Below, in pieces: positions 1 through 19,709 of a DNA stretch of 64,000 bases. The translations under genes and the position numbers were made by a program. Source of the DNA: the human T2T-CHM13v2.0 reference genome, Homo sapiens. The stretch's first letter is position 1. Each line of letters starts with the position of its first letter. The notes under the pieces were generated by a model. That model saw only the letters and a list, made by a program, of their open reading frames with translations. It was not told the DNA's origin and searched no databases. The DNA is taken from assembly GCF_009914755.1 (NCBI RefSeq), contig NC_060936.1; one strand, 5' to 3'.

Positions 1-1180
1 GGAACTCCACATGAGAAAGATAAAGCATGTGAAAGAATTTTACAAATTTGAAAATGCAATGTAATTATAAAGCACTCTTAACAAAATCTCTGTTACACCT
101 AACTGCACACCTTTCTTCAAGTGCCAGCTGATGCACATAGACCAAAAGCTGTTCTATCTCATAGTCCAAACCAATGGAAATACCTTGATGGAACCCTGCC
201 GAAGGCCAAAAAGCTTAACCTTCTGAGTACTTTTTTTCACTGAGGTTTAAATAAATAGATTTTCAATTTCTTTTCCCCTCCACCACACTTGCCAAGTGTT
301 TCTAACTAGATGTTACTATAATCTACACAACAAAATCATTCTTATTAATTATGCAATGCCTTATAACTGTTGCATGCATTTCTGTTGCTTCTCAGCTTTG
401 CTTTGCAGCAGCAGAGCACGTCGAATATTGACCAGAAGAAGTCCAAAGGGATGACTGTTGTTCACCAGAGGCTCCCATTTTGGTCTGAGCCTGCATTTGC
501 CTTTCTCTACTTCTGTTTAATTCCTTTCAGCCCCTAGACCTCCTCTCACTGACCTTTAGACTCTTCCAGCCCTTTCCACGTGGCATCTTAATTCTACCTT
601 TTGAGTTCACAACACTATCTTTTTTTCCTCTGGTCTGTGTTTGGCTCCTCCTTCCTGGCACATTTACTTACTTCTGTACCTTCATGACTATCCCTTGTAA
701 TGTGGCCCTGGGATTTTCTCCTGGTGGGGAGCCTCAGCTGGTACAGCCTAGAGACTATGCCTCTAGCCCCTCCCCAGATTCCTGAGGCCTAGATTCCGGA
801 GACCAATGGGTTTTAACAGAGAGAAAAGACTTCTCCTACCAACTATTGTGGAACAAAACATTTCCTGCTTTATCTTATTTTTTAAGTGATTCCAGGGTCT
901 TCTATAAAAGATACATGGCTCATCATTTGGGAAAAGTTATTTCTTTTTTAAAATAACTTTACTATATGCATAACCAGCACAAAATAAATGACATCAACAT
1001 AATCAAGAGAGTGAATATATTAATCACCTCAAAAGTTACTGTGCCCCTTTTTAATCTCTCACTACCTCCCTTACCTGCCTCCCCCATCCTTGCCGTGGGT
1101 CCAGGCAATCCCTGGTCTGCTTCCTGTCACTGTAGATTATTTTGCATCATCTAGCATTTTATATAAATAAAATCATATGG

Positions 1181-1541
<361 letters not shown>

Positions 1542-1802
1542 TCAGCGTAATTATTTTTGACATTCATCCCTACAGTATATATCAATAGTTCATTCCTTTT
1601 TATTGCTAAGTAGTGTTCATTGTATGGATGTACCATACCAATGGATGATATACCATCCATTCGTCATTGATAGGCATTTGGGTTGTTTCTAGTTTTAATA
1701 ATTACAAGATAAAGTTTCTATGAATATCTACAAACAAGTCTTTCTGTGGACATTTGACTTCATTTCTCTTGGAAAAATACTTGGGAATGGAATGGCTAGA
1801 CC

Positions 1803-1838
<36 letters not shown>

Positions 1839-1839
1839 T
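1803..1839. repeat. (TA)n microsatellite followed by poly(T)
   Basis: atatatat...tttttttttt seen directly. Confidence 0.95.
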
Positions 1840-2024
1840 GGCCAACATTTGGCATACTCAAGTCTTTTTCATTTTAGCTATTCTTATAAGTAAATGATGC
1901 ATATTTTCAGCTGCTTGAAGTTGTCCCACAGTACACTGACACTTAAAAAAATTTTTTTTTATTCCTTTTTGTCTCTATGTTTCATTTTAGATATTTCCTA
2001 TTGCAATATCTTCCAGTTCCCTAA

Positions 2025-2402
<378 letters not shown>

Positions 2403-2914
2403 TAAGACATTATAGTTTTCAGCCCTGTAAGTTCAGTTTGGACCTTTTATATTTTCCAGGTCTCTACTTAACATTTTTGCTCTAGCTTTTGTGCTATAGA
2501 GTAATACAGTTACAATAACTGTTTAAATGTCCTTGTTGGCGATTTCTAACATCTAAGCAAGTTCTGGTTTGGTGTCATTTGACAAGTTTTCCTCCTCATC
2601 ATGGGTCATCTCTTACCACTTCTTTGCATGCCTAGGAATTTTTAAATTAATTCCAGACATTTTGATTTTTACCTTGATGGGTGCTGGACATATTTGCATT
2701 TCTACAGATATTTTTGAGTTTTGTTCAAAGACACAGTTACATTACTTGGAAACAGTTTGACACATTTGAATCATGCTTTTGAGATTCATTAGGCAATACC
2801 AGAGCAGTATTTAGCCTAGAGCTAATAATTCTCCACTGCTGGGCAATATTTCTCTAAGTATTCTACCCAATGTCCCATGAATTATAAGTTTTCCCATCTG
2901 GGTGACAGAAATAG

Positions 2915-5385
<2,471 letters not shown>

Positions 5386-5526
5386 AGAAATAGGCACTAT
5401 TTCTATCCCTGTGTGAGTTATTGGTAGTTTTTCTTCTAATCTTTCTGTGTAGTTCTTTCCACAGGCAAGAGAAGTTTTCGCACACATATGTGCCCATCAA
5501 CACACTCCTTAAAAATCGAAGGAGAC

Positions 5527-6125
<599 letters not shown>

Positions 6126-7640
6126 AGTGAAAGGAGACCCTTAGCAGGTCTCTGGACTTCTCTCCTCTGCAGCTCTCTGTTCTCCAGAACCCTGCCCTGC
6201 AAACTCTAGCTGCTTTTGTCTTCCTAGACTTTCAGGTCCTCTCAACTCGCTGGGGCCACTGGCCCCACCTGCGACGTCTCTCCCTGGACAGCCACCTGGG
6301 AACTCATTCAAGCAATAACCTGAGGCAAATATAGAGCTCACCTTGTTTGCTCCCCATCTCCCAGGTATCACTTTTTCATCACCTGATCTCCAATGTCTTA
6401 ACAACCTTTGTTCTATATATTTTGCCTGATTTTTTTTTTCATTGATTCAATTGGAAAGATAAACTTGGTCTCAGTTACTTCATCTTGGCCAGAAGCAGAA
6501 GTCAATTATTTCTTTTTGGCATAACCCCAATCTAAAGAGGATAAAAAAATAAAAAATAACTGTATCCTTATAGGAAAGTTTCTAAGGTAGGTTAAATCCA
6601 CCCAGGCTGCCCAAACAGTACAAAGCTTCTGTTGGAAAGTAGGGGAAACGGAGTGGTCCTTTCTCAATGTTTAGGCCCATGAGTACAGAACTTTCTGGAA
6701 CATGGTCACAGGCAAAAGGAAATAAGAGACAAGCTGCTTCTTAGGAGATGGATCACAACACAAGATTTTGAGCCCACTGGAGAAAAAAAGGAAGATATGG
6801 AAAATAATTCACACTTCACTATCATTCAAAGCTCCCCTCTTCCCTTCTCACTTTAGTTCCTGCCTCCATTGATACACTAAGCATTCTGAGCCTCTGCCAT
6901 CTTTGCTAAGGTTCCTTTGTTCTAGTCTCTAGCAAATCTCATCTCCCTGTTCTCTTTTTCTTCCCCAAGCAAGAGCTCTCTCTCACATCATTTCGCTTAG
7001 TTAGAGGAGGGGACATTCATTATAAGTCAAAGGATATTGGTGTTAAGGGAGAGGATGAAGCTGTCTGGCACCTTTGTCAATTCAGAGGGCTACATTGTAA
7101 CTGGTGAGGACTTTCTGATTATTTTTTCCCTTTTTTCTATCAAGTGGAAATGAATTACAATTTTAACCGAAAAACAGATGCCTCTGAATACCCAATTTAG
7201 ATAAATATAAGATTGAAAAAAGATACTGCTTTTATTTCAGATTTTAAAAATGAGACTCCAAATAGTATCTGATCATTTTAGCACTGAGTTCAATGTTCAC
7301 TCTTCTCTGACAGCACATCTTTTTTCACAGTTGCATAAGAATTATGGCAGAGAGTTAAAAGAAATACAGTAAAACTCACAAGAAACACTAGACATTTTTG
7401 AATAAATAGGAAAATGCCATAGATCAGGTCACATTCTCAAAGCATAGCGACATGCATTAAAAGGCCATTATAAAATGACTAACACAACAAACATTAGTTC
7501 TGACCCCAGTATCGGAACTATACACGTGTCACTTTTTGATCACAAAGCATCTAGTAACAAAAATACGAGGATTGTCTCTTCTTAGAGTGACCACGAATTT
7601 ATTTCTAAATGAATCTATGGAACATAAAAATAAATAGCTA

Positions 7641-7940
<300 letters not shown>

Positions 7941-8058
7941 TTAAGTCCAAAGAAATACTTGATATCACGTAAAGTTTTTAAAACTTCACTTAAAACTGGT
8001 TTCATTCAAACTGATTTATATGTATATAGACAGAACCAATGTTGTAAAATACATACAA

Positions 8059-8110
8059 AGATAGACAGGTAGACAGATAGACAGATAGATAGTAGATGAT
8101 AGATAAATAG
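8059..8110. repeat. Degenerate (GATA/GACA)n tetranucleotide repeat
   Basis: agatagacaggtagacagatagacagatagatag... Confidence 0.85.
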
Positions 8111-8225
8111 AAGTCATCCACAGAATGTTATTTTCACATCGTTCTTTTCTTTGCATTCTGCAGTATACTGGGAAAGCAGGAAACAGTCAGGGCACAATCA
8201 GACTTTCAACAACAGTAACAAGAGA

Positions 8226-8660
8226 CAGGATAATGTAGTAGTTTAGAGCACTGTTTCTCAAAGTGTAGTCTGAGGAACACCCATATCACAAGCATATAGG
8301 GCACATGTTAATAGTAGAAATACCTAGGGCCCTCTATGACAAATTAAATTCAAATTTCTGAGAGTGTGGCCTGGGATTCTGCATTTTAACATACTTTTCT
8401 AGTGCTTCTACTTCACATTAAAACTCGGAAACCCCAGATCACAAGCACAGACTCTGGAGCCATACTCCCTGGGTCCAAAACTCTACTAGATGGCTATTTT
8501 ACTATGAGTTTGTCTCTCTGCATCAGTTTCTTCATCTGCAAACTGGAAATGATGATATTAATAGTATCTACCTACCTTACAGGACTGTAAAAATATTAAG
8601 TGAGTTAATGCATAAAGCCCTTAGAAATGTGTTGGGCACAGTTTAAGTGCTATGTATGTC
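8226..8660 (+). mobile_element. MIR SINE interrupted by a MER5-type hAT MITE (about 8249-8437)
   Basis: MIR core cagtttcttcatctgcaaactgg; the insert has MER5-like termini cactgtttctcaaa...gaaaccccag and ctgcattttaac. Confidence 0.7.
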
Positions 8661-9609
8661 AATGCAACCAGTGTAGTTAAGTCAACCATGTTCCAAATTA
8701 CTACCTCCTATATAAGCACAAGAACTCAAAAGGAACAAAATTAACAAGAAGTTATAAGGAGTAAGAACACAAGTTATATCCACAGAATTCCCCTTAGCTA
8801 AGAGTTGGAAGGTTTTTGTCTGGTTTAGTTTTTGCTGGCAAAAAGACACCCTTTTGTGAAGCTGCACTTGCCCCCTAGAGAATATGGCAGCACCAAATAA
8901 TTCTCCTTCATTTATGGTCAAGCAACATTGCTCTCCTTACTGCAAAGTTCTAGCTAGTTGTCTAGGAGTTGTCCTCTTCAACTAAAAGCCATGTGCCTCA
9001 GAACAAAAAATTATTCTTCATTAGGCTGTTGTTAAGACACCCTGGCTAGCACAGCGGTGCCCTGGCTGGCTACCTGCCCTCTGGACCTTATGTGACTCAG
9101 GTATTCTGACCTCATTCACACTGGCAGGAATTCACTTTGGCTCAGTTCTACAGTTTCTAGCAAAGACTAATTCTTGAGACAAATTAGTGGAGAAGATTCT
9201 GAATAAATAGCATTTAGAAACTGTTCTTATTCATAAGCCCTTGATTAAGAATGGATGGAGAGATAAATATAATAATCCTTTGAACAATGTCTCATTAGTA
9301 ATTCCACAGGTTTGCTTCCACCATGGACCAGGATGTGATACATGGAGTAATGGGAAGTCTGGCAAGGCATGTTCCCAGTATCTTCTGAACCATCGTTTCA
9401 AATTATGAGCTTCCTCCAGCCTTCATTTGCTTTTCCATCCAGCCTCACCTCCCTGGTCCATGGCTGTTACCTCTTACTAGCTCCTTTGTCCCTCTCCTGT
9501 TCTCTAACCTAAATTCCATCCTGCATCAATATAAATATCCATTATGATAAAGCCCAATTTCCCTACCTTTACTCCAAAGCTTCATGCTCTCCACTCTCCT
9601 CTCTATATA

Positions 9610-10218
9610 CAGTAAGTCCTCACTTAATATCATTGATATGTTCCTGGAAATTGCGACTTTAAGCAAAACGATGTAGAGTGAAAATTATTTTACCGTAGGC
9701 TAATTGATATAAACAATAGCTAAGTTTTGGTGGCATATTTCTGGCCACACAAAAACAAATTTCTAAATAAAGACCCCAAACACTTCTAATATTACACATT
9801 GAAATAAATGTGAGCTATATGGACATTTAAGAGAGATTAATAAAAACAAGTAAGATAATTATTTACCCATTATTCCAGTTCAAGGTGCAGATGGTCTGAG
9901 CCTATCCCTGCAGTTCAGGGAGCAAGTTGGGAACCAACCCTGGACAGGACGTCATTCCATTACAAAGCATACACACACACGCACAGAGACACACGTAAAC
10001 ACTCAGACTGGGACAATTTAGACACACCAGTTAATCTAACGTGCACATCTCTGGAATGTGGGAGGAAAGAGGCATACCCAGAGAAAACCCATGCAGACCT
10101 GAAGAGAATGTGCAAACTCCACCCAGACAGCGACTCCAGCAGAGAATTGATCATTTTTCCTAATCAATGTTATAATAAAGCCACGTTGAAAGAAGCAATG
10201 TTATTCGAGGACCCACTG
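9610..10218 (+). mobile_element. MER82-like Tigger non-autonomous DNA transposon inserted in L2 sequence
   Basis: TIR-like ends cagtaagtcctcacttaat...ttattcgaggacccactg with TA on both sides (9608-9609, 10219-10220). Confidence 0.8.
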
Positions 10219-10714
10219 TATTCCAAATACATTAAACACCTTGCTGGTCTCCAAACATGCCTCTGTCTCTCCCGCTACAGGTCTTCGCATATATCATCCC
10301 TTCTCCCTAGGGCAGTCTTCTCTCATACCCAACTCCATTCATTCACTTGGCTAATGCCTATTCACTCTTCAGAATTTAGCTAAGGCATCACCTCCTCCAC
10401 TGTCTTACCTAATCCAGCCCCTCTCAATGTACACATTAATCAGCCTGTTTTCACAAGTCCTGTGTATTCCTTTGCCTCCCCCTTCTGAACTGTTAATCCT
10501 TAAACAACCAGCTTTCCACTAGAGACGGTATTACAATAGTCTAGGATCTGCTATGGATGACCCAGCTCAAGACAACCAAAGCTGCTTGTTCTCTTATGTC
10601 TTGTTCATCTTTGTACTCCTGTCTTCTAGCAGAGTTGTCACACTGACACACCACTCCATGTTTCTCAGTAATATGAAAGTGATAGGTTGTGACCATATGG
10701 CTAAGGGTTCCAAG

Positions 10715-10950
10715 TTCATGTGACTTGGTGGAAAGAATGCATACTTTGGAGTCAGACAGACCTGCGCTTAAATCACAGGTCTGCTGCTTACTGTCTATGA
10801 TATGGATGACAACTTACATAAGCTAATTTGCATCTAGGTTGTAGATATGCAAGTGAAGACAATAATCTTTACCCTACAGAGACATTGTGAGAAGTTAGTA
10901 TAATACATACCAAACACTTACCCAGTGCTGATAAAATGTAGCTTTTATTA
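10715..10950 (+). mobile_element. MIR
   Basis: ctttggagtcagacagacctg...ataatctttaccctacag...cacttacccagtgc. Confidence 0.7.
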
Positions 10951-12240
10951 TTATTGTATTAATCATGAGAATCAGGATTTATTCCTATACAAATCAGATC
11001 AAAATCAATAGCAATTTGTAATCAATGTATTGCAAATACCTGAAAGACACTCTGAGATCTCTCTCAAATATCTAAGAATCGCTGCACACACCTAAAAGAT
11101 ACTTTTAGGATACTAGGTTCCTACAATAGGGTTGCAAATAAAATATATATGAAGGTCTTTCAATAACAGGATCAATTCCTAGACAGTTGGTCCAGCTTGC
11201 AGTCAGTGTCTTGTTGAAAGAAATTCCCAGATGTGCTGAAAGTAGTGTGATAGATGTAAAATGGTATTTTTAATTAAAACCCTTATTGAACATAGTGTGA
11301 AATGTTTCTACTTAATCCTCTGAAACCAACAGACAAAGCATTCACTGTTATCCCCATGTGATAACTGAGGCTTAGAGAGGTTAATCAGCTTTCCAAAGTT
11401 GCACACTGACCAAATGGGACATAGCCTTCAAGATTTTAGAAGATGTTTTTGATGGTAGAATTACTTTGTTATTTCTTTTATATGGTGAGATAACTAATGT
11501 TGATAATCTGTGAATAACTTAAGTCTCTCAGAAGTTTCTCAGCTACAAGTTCCTCTGCACCTACCCTGGTTAATTTTGTGATTTGAATAGTCAGAAGAGA
11601 TGAGTCAGAGAGGACTTTTACTTCAAACTTTCCACGGGAGTGGGTGTTACTATGGTCTAGGACCTGCTGTGGATGACAGCTGAAGACAACCAAAGCTGCT
11701 GCTTTTCAGGCCTGCGGTTGTAGACTAAGAATAAACTACATGCCTGGCCTTGCAATTAAGAGGGCAGGCATCAAAGATGGCTGCAGATCTTCTTGACTCC
11801 ATGGTGGCAGCAATAGACTATTTGTCAGTTTGGACTTATTTGCATTTTGTAGCTAACCTTGTTCTTTTGGCAAAAGCAATTGGTGCTCTCATGTCAACAG
11901 ACATTAATCTGACTTCATGATTTTCTAGTAGGAAATCATGGCTTATTCTTAATCCACTAGTTCTATAATTCATTCATTTTTGCTAGCTTATTTTAAATGC
12001 ATTTACTTATTTATTCCTTTATTAAGCACTTGCTATGTAGTGACATATTGAGAGCCATCACAATAAAGCGGTAAGAATGTGGAAGTTGGGTAAACACGGT
12101 TTTGCATCACACTTTTGTAATTTATTAGTTAATAACCCATGTTATTATATATAGGTAATAAGGGCATGAGTTTTAGATCAGGCTGACTGGGTTTTAAAAT
12201 CTCAGCTCTACCACTTATGAAATCTGTGACCTATAACAAG

Positions 12241-12469
12241 TTTTCTTTTTTCTTTTCTTTGCTCTGTCATCCAGGCTGGAGTGCAGTGGCATGACTCAAC
12301 TCACTGCAACCTCTGCCTCCCAGGCTCAAGCGATCCTCTCACCTCAGCCTCCTGAGTAGCAGGACTATAGGCACATGCCACCATGTCCGGCTAATTTTTG
12401 TATTTTTTGTTGAGATGGGGTTTCACCATGTTGCCCAGGCTGGTCTTGAATTCCTGGGCTCCCAAAGTG
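12241..12469 (-). mobile_element. Partial AluJ with internal deletions, inside a MIR (about 12150-12610)
   Basis: AluJ diagnostics ggctcaagcgatcctc and gttgcccaggctgg; MIR sequence on both flanks. Confidence 0.85.
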
Positions 12470-12804
12470 ACAAATACCTTTGAGTTTAGCTTCTCTCCAT
12501 AGTAAAATGGAAAGGATAATACTTACCTTATAGAATTCTTATGGAGAATTAAAATAAGATGTGAATATAAGGCACCTAGCACAGAACCTAACAGACAGTA
12601 AGTGCTCAAGATTTATTTCTTTTCCCTCTGACACTAGATCCCAGACACTGCAGAAATAAATATATCTGAGATTTACAACTGCCATAAAAGAGATAATAAA
12701 CAGGAAGGAACTTAACATATTAAGCCCCTACCTTGTTTCAATCCATGTCTTAGGCATTTGCATGTGATGGTAGCCTTGAATTTAAACTGAACTCATCTTA
12801 ATTT

Positions 12805-13440
12805 AGTCATTCATTCATTCCATTTGTTCACTCATCAATAAATATTTATTCAGCACCTACTATGTGCCAGTCATTTGCCTAGGCAGTGGTGACACAGCAA
12901 TGAATAAGTGGACCAGGTCCTACCTTGAGCTTACATTCTAGAGATCCATAACCTTCCTGCCATACCTTGCTGCACAGATAAAGAACTTTGAAAATTAAAA
13001 ACAAAAAAAAATATTATTTTCAACTTGGAAATCAGAGAATGCTTCATGGAGAAGCAGAAGTTTGGCCTGAACTTCAGAGAACTTTAGGGCTCAGAGTAGG
13101 CTGGGAGAGTGGGTGGATGGAGCAGCTTGCATCATGGCCCAGAGGCCGGGAAGAGCAGGACCTGAGAGGAAGCAGTGAGTTTGATTTTGTTGTCAGGTGG
13201 GGTGGGTAAAAGTGAGTAATAGGAAATCTTTTGGAAATGTATATGGAAATCAGATGGTGGTGCACACTGAAAAGCAGGCTGAGGAGTGCAGACTTATGTA
13301 GACCACAGAGAGTCATTTAAGTTTATTGAACAAGGTAGTAATAGGATCAGGGATAAGCTTCAGAAATATTAATTGGGCAATAATGTGTAAAATGGATTAA
13401 AAGAGGGAAGGACTAGAGACAAAGGAAGAATCAGGAGGTT
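12805..13440 (-). mobile_element. L2 3' fragment
   Basis: tcattcattcattc...aatatttattcagcacctactatgtgccag is a typical L2 3' end. Confidence 0.75.
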
Positions 13441-13809
13441 GTTAATTAAACACTGCTGGTATGTTTGGGGTTTTTCTATGGCCAGCGACAGAAAAGATCA
13501 CCAGCAAATTCAGGTAAATTTTTCTTTCATCAGAATTTGCAAAGGTAAAAGTGGGCTAAAAACAAAAACAAAAAACAGGAAACAAAACCTGCTTCATCTA
13601 AGAATGCATTATATAATATTACATAAATGACAAATTCCTTTGATATATGACAGATATTTAGTGTCTTCAGCAGAACAACTAAATTAAACATAGGAGTGGA
13701 GAAAACCTGAGACAACAGGCCTTATGGTATAATATTTAAATTAAGTTGATTCTCAGGCCAGAGCTTTAAAACATTTGCAAGCAAATTCTGATTCCTTGAT
13801 GGTTTTTTT

Positions 13810-14124
<315 letters not shown>

Positions 14125-14253
14125 GATGGTTTTTTGTAACAAAATTTCTATTGTAAAATAAGAATAAAGTTAAACATTTATATAAGAACCCTTGCAAGGT
14201 GGCAAATGCCCTCAGTATACTTTTGGTATAGCTTATGCTCTTCCTGGTTGGTA

Positions 14254-14636
14254 TAGGTTGAGAATCTCTAGTCCAGAAATCCAAAATCTAAATGATTCCA
14301 AAACTTGAAACTTTTTGAGCACTGATATCACCCTGCAAGTGGGAAATCCCACACCTGACCTCATGTGATGGAATGAAGACAAAATGCAGTCAAAACTGAT
14401 TCACGAGCACAAAATTACTAAAAACATTAAATAAAATTACCTTCAGGCTATGTGTATAAGGTGAATGTGAAACAGAAATGAATTTTGTGTTTAGATTTGG
14501 GTCCCATCTCGAAGATATCTCATTGTATATATTCAAATATTCCAAAATCTATCCCCCCTCCCCGCCCACCAAAACAAATCATGAAATCCTAAACACTTCT
14601 GCTCCCAAGCATTTCAGATAAGGGACACCCAACGCG
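14254..14636. mobile_element. Tigger4b/Zombi-type MITE
   Basis: Ends taggttgagaatctcta... and ...ataagggacacccaacgcg, flanked by TA; internal accttcaggctatgtgtataaggtg. Confidence 0.85.
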
Positions 14637-15211
14637 TAGTGCTGTTGTTCTGGGTCAAATTCTCAGTTGATGGAAAACAACCCATTCCCAGACCTGCAGC
14701 TTCGGGCAGCATTCTGCCTTCAAAACATTACCTGCCTTTACTACTTTCTCTTGGTTTCTGAAGAATCAAACTCAAACTACCCCAAATTGAGGTAATTCTC
14801 TTCTCTCTCCCATCCCCTTCCAACCCAACTTGCTCTTCCCCTTGCCTTTTCATTTAAACAACATTGATTAAGCACCTACTCTGTACCCACTTCCGTATGG
14901 ATCATCGGGGTCTTGCTAAGTGCACCATTGGCCAACAGAATCTTGTAGTCAACCTCAATTTCTCCTCCCTCTGTCTCTCACATCCACTCAGCAACCAAGA
15001 CCTGCTGAGTCCACCTCCCAGAAGTCTTTCATACTCATCTGTCCCTCTCCAACCTCACTGACCCTGACCTAGGATAGGCCCTAATTAGTGCAATCCTGAA
15101 CAATTACAAAGCCTTCTAACTCCTCTTTACCACTCATCCCCATCCCCATCCGGTCCCTCTACAATCCAAGCTGTCTTGCACGGATGGATGCCAATGTGCA
15201 ATCTTTGAAAA

Positions 15212-15354
15212 CCTTGCTATTCAAGGTGTGGTCCGCAAACCACAGCACCAGTATGGTCCTGCAGCTGGTTAAAAATGCAGACTCTCACAACAGAATCTGC
15301 ATTTTTAACAGAACCCAGATGATCCATATGCACATTTAAATTTGAGATGCACTG
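15212..15354. mobile_element. MER5A1-like hAT MITE within L2 sequence
   Basis: caaggtgtggtcc...gttaaaaatgcaga/tctgcatttttaac internal inverted repeat...tttgagatgcactg. Confidence 0.75.
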
Positions 15355-15777
15355 GCTAAAAGCACAAATCCAATCCCATCACTCTCTAGTTGACATTCTA
15401 GTGCAAAGACCAACAAATTATAGCACGCAGTCCTAATCTGGCCCACTATCTATTTTTGAGCAGTCTGTGAAGTAAAAAAAATGCTTGGAAATAAATCAAA
15501 AGAAAAATACTATTTTATGACACATGAAATTTATTGAAATTCAAATTTCAGTGCTTAGTTTGATTGGAACACAACTATGCCCATTCATTTATATGAGAGG
15601 AGTCTTTTAAAAGTTTATGGAAAATGCGTATTATGAAAAAAACTATGCATGGAGTTCAAATTTTTTTGCACCAAAATAAACTCATGCCAACTGGTTACAA
15701 CATATCTGAAAAGGATCTAGTTTGAGGCATAAACAAGGATACGATGTTGGTTTGAAAAGAGCCTCTATAAGAACAAT

Positions 15778-17136
<1,359 letters not shown>

Positions 17137-17364
17137 AACTTATATTTTTAATTTTTATTTTTTCATTCAATTTTTCATGCACTTTTTGAAATCCCCTCAT
17201 TTATTGTCAGTGGTTGCTTTTGCATACAGTGGCAGAGTTGAGTAGTTATGACCGAGACTGTATGATCAGTAAATTCTAAAATGTTTACTATCTTGCCCTT
17301 TAGAGAAAAAGTTTTTTGGCCCTTGTTCTAGGGAGAACACATATGTAATTTTTTTAAAAACAGA

Positions 17365-17476
17365 GCTGGACATCCCAATTACTCTGGTTTGATAACTACA
17401 CATTGTAAATAGGTATCAAAATATGACATATGTCCCAAAAATATGTACAACTATTAAAAGTCAATTAAAAAAATAA
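17365..17476 (+). mobile_element. L1MA-type 3' end fragment
   Basis: tacacattgta...gtatcaaaatat...aaatatgtacaactatt...caattaaaaaaataaa. Confidence 0.65.
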
Positions 17477-17943
17477 ACACAAGTTATGAGCTATGAAGAC
17501 AAGAAATAAAGACTTGAATAAAGTGTTTCCTCTCTTTTGTACCCACAGCAGGTGCTGATACCCTTCTATGATCCCACATGTTACATTATTGGTACAGTCT
17601 TCGCCGAGTGAGGAAAAGAATCAAATACATTCCTCCCATTTCATGGCAGCTGATTTTTCCCCTTGGAAGGACAGAGGGGTAGGTTCTAAACATGATGAGA
17701 GGAGCAAGATCATCTGGGTGTTCAGAGATGAGAAGGAAATCAGGGAGGATTTGAGGGTCAGTAATTTTATGGGCACTTTCCACTCAGGTCCTTATTCCTA
17801 CAGCTGAAAAAAGAGGGGGAAAAGGCATCTTCTGGCTCTGCAGAGCTAAATAAATACTCCCACCATTGGGCAATAATTCTTCCGTTGAAAGGAATGTCTG
17901 AAGATTCCAAAATTCAATGCTTTAAATATCAACAGCCACTCAC

Positions 17944-18102
17944 CTGCAGACCTTTACACATTCCCTGATTTTATGGCTATGTAAGACATTAAAGATATCA
18001 TTTCAGACCTTGTTTTCCAATGCAGATCCTTTTGGAATAACCCTGTCAGAACTGTTTCCAGTGGTTTGCTCTTTGCTTAATTGATACATTCCTTCAGAGT
18101 CA
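17944..18102 (-). other. Candidate non-coding exon (159 nt)
   Basis: Minus strand: ttttcacacctgctttag acceptor and CAG|gtgagt donor; stops in all three frames. Confidence 0.3.
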
Positions 18103-18299
18103 CTAAAGCAGGTGTGAAAAATAGTTCAAATTCCAATTCCATGCCAGAATGAGAAAGAAGTGAAAGCCCATAGATCAAAAAGCTTCCAGAGACATTGTAA
18201 CAGAGGCACTGAACATGTAAAGTCCAGAAAGTAGTTGCCTTTCCACCCTTCTTCCCTTATCCCTAGCTTCACATTTTCTGGAACAGTTAACTACATGAT

Positions 18300-19000
18300 T
18301 TTGCATTCACTTAATAAAAAAAAGGTGTTACCAGCTGACAGTTGAGGTTGTTCAATGTGCCAAGTACTACGGTAGATCCCTGGGTTACAATAGTAAATAA
18401 GATATTGTTCCTGTCCTGGAGAAGATAGCAGCTATATGGGAAAGGCAGATGCAGAGGCAGACACTTACAAACCAGTGTTTTCAGGGCTACGGTTCAGAGT
18501 GAGTATGAACACAGAGAAACATGCAGCTCAAGCTCATGAGATTAGAAAGGTTTCCCAGAGGGGATGTCTGAGCTGAGTTCTGAAGGACATGTAGAAGTCA
18601 GCCAGATACAAGGCTGGAGGTTAAGAGTAGAACAGGTATTCAAGGCACAGAAATATCAAAGATGAGGGATCATGGCTCATGTGAGCTGCAGGACAGTAGA
18701 AGATAAGAAAAGGGTTGAAAAAGTGGAGAGGAGAAAGGCTGGTGGGTTCAGGAAGAGGATGACCTGTGTGCCATACCCCCAGAGCTTAGACTCCATACTG
18801 AGGACAAAGGGGGCTTATTGTAGGGTTGTTGGTGAGGCAGCATGATCAGAGTTGTATTTCAGAAAGCAAATTCTAGCTGCGGTGTGGAGAAAGCACTGAA
18901 GAAAAGCAAGATTGGAGGTAAGGAGAATTAAGAGAATGCTGCAGGGGAGAAATGGTGCTGACTCAAACCATGGTGAAGATAAGGGTGGCAGAAAATAATA
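18300..19000 (-). mobile_element. L2 fragment
   Basis: aatgtgccaagtact...gagctgagttctgaagg...catgatcagagttgtatttcagaaag. Confidence 0.65.
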
Positions 19001-19709
19001 AGGCAAAGCCCACCATATACAGCCATACAGAAAGCCATGCCCTGCACCAAGCAGTTTCCCAAGGGGCAGATGGTTGTTGAAGATCAGACTGTGATCTCCT
19101 GGCCAAGCACTGTGGCCCAGCAGGAGGAAGAAGGAAACCCTTTTTTTATTCATCAGCTAGACAAGGTACCATTTCGTTATTCTCACAAAGTCACCATATA
19201 CATGCGCAGCATTAAAGGCCCTGCCAAAGATGAGTACACTCTAGAGAATTTTGAGGAAGAAAACAGTTGATCAGATATAGCAGTTAGAGAAAGAGCATTC
19301 AAAGAGGATACCAAACTGTTTGGCCCTATTACCTTGACATTTACTAAGGCAGGAAATGCTTTCTCGGGCTAAATCAGTTCCGTTTTACCTGTTCAATCCA
19401 ATTCCTTTTTTGCTATCATGAATTTCTTAAACAAATTCAAATAACTTTATTCAAACAAAAAAGAAATACATTTGATTCATATTTAATAATGTTCACTTTT
19501 TATTTAATTAAAATTTTTCTTTGGAGGTAATAGTAGATTCACATACAATTGTGAGAAATAATGCAGAGAGATCCTACATTCCTTTTACTCAGTTTTCCCA
19601 AACTTGTAAACTATGGTACAACACCACAACCAGGATACTGACATTGATAGTATCAAAATACAAAACATTTTCATCACCACAAGGATCCCTCATGTCGCCC
19701 TTTTAAGAA

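Noticed and set aside
379-537. Plus-strand acceptor (tttgctttgcag) followed by a short open frame
   Set aside because: No convincing donor and no recognisable peptide.
8868-8882. CTCF-like tgccccctagag, and isolated AP-1/ARE motifs (e.g. gtgactcagc at 54824)
   Set aside because: Single partial motifs occur at chance frequency.
15267-15308. 14-bp inverted repeat
   Set aside because: It is an intrinsic feature of the MER5 MITE.
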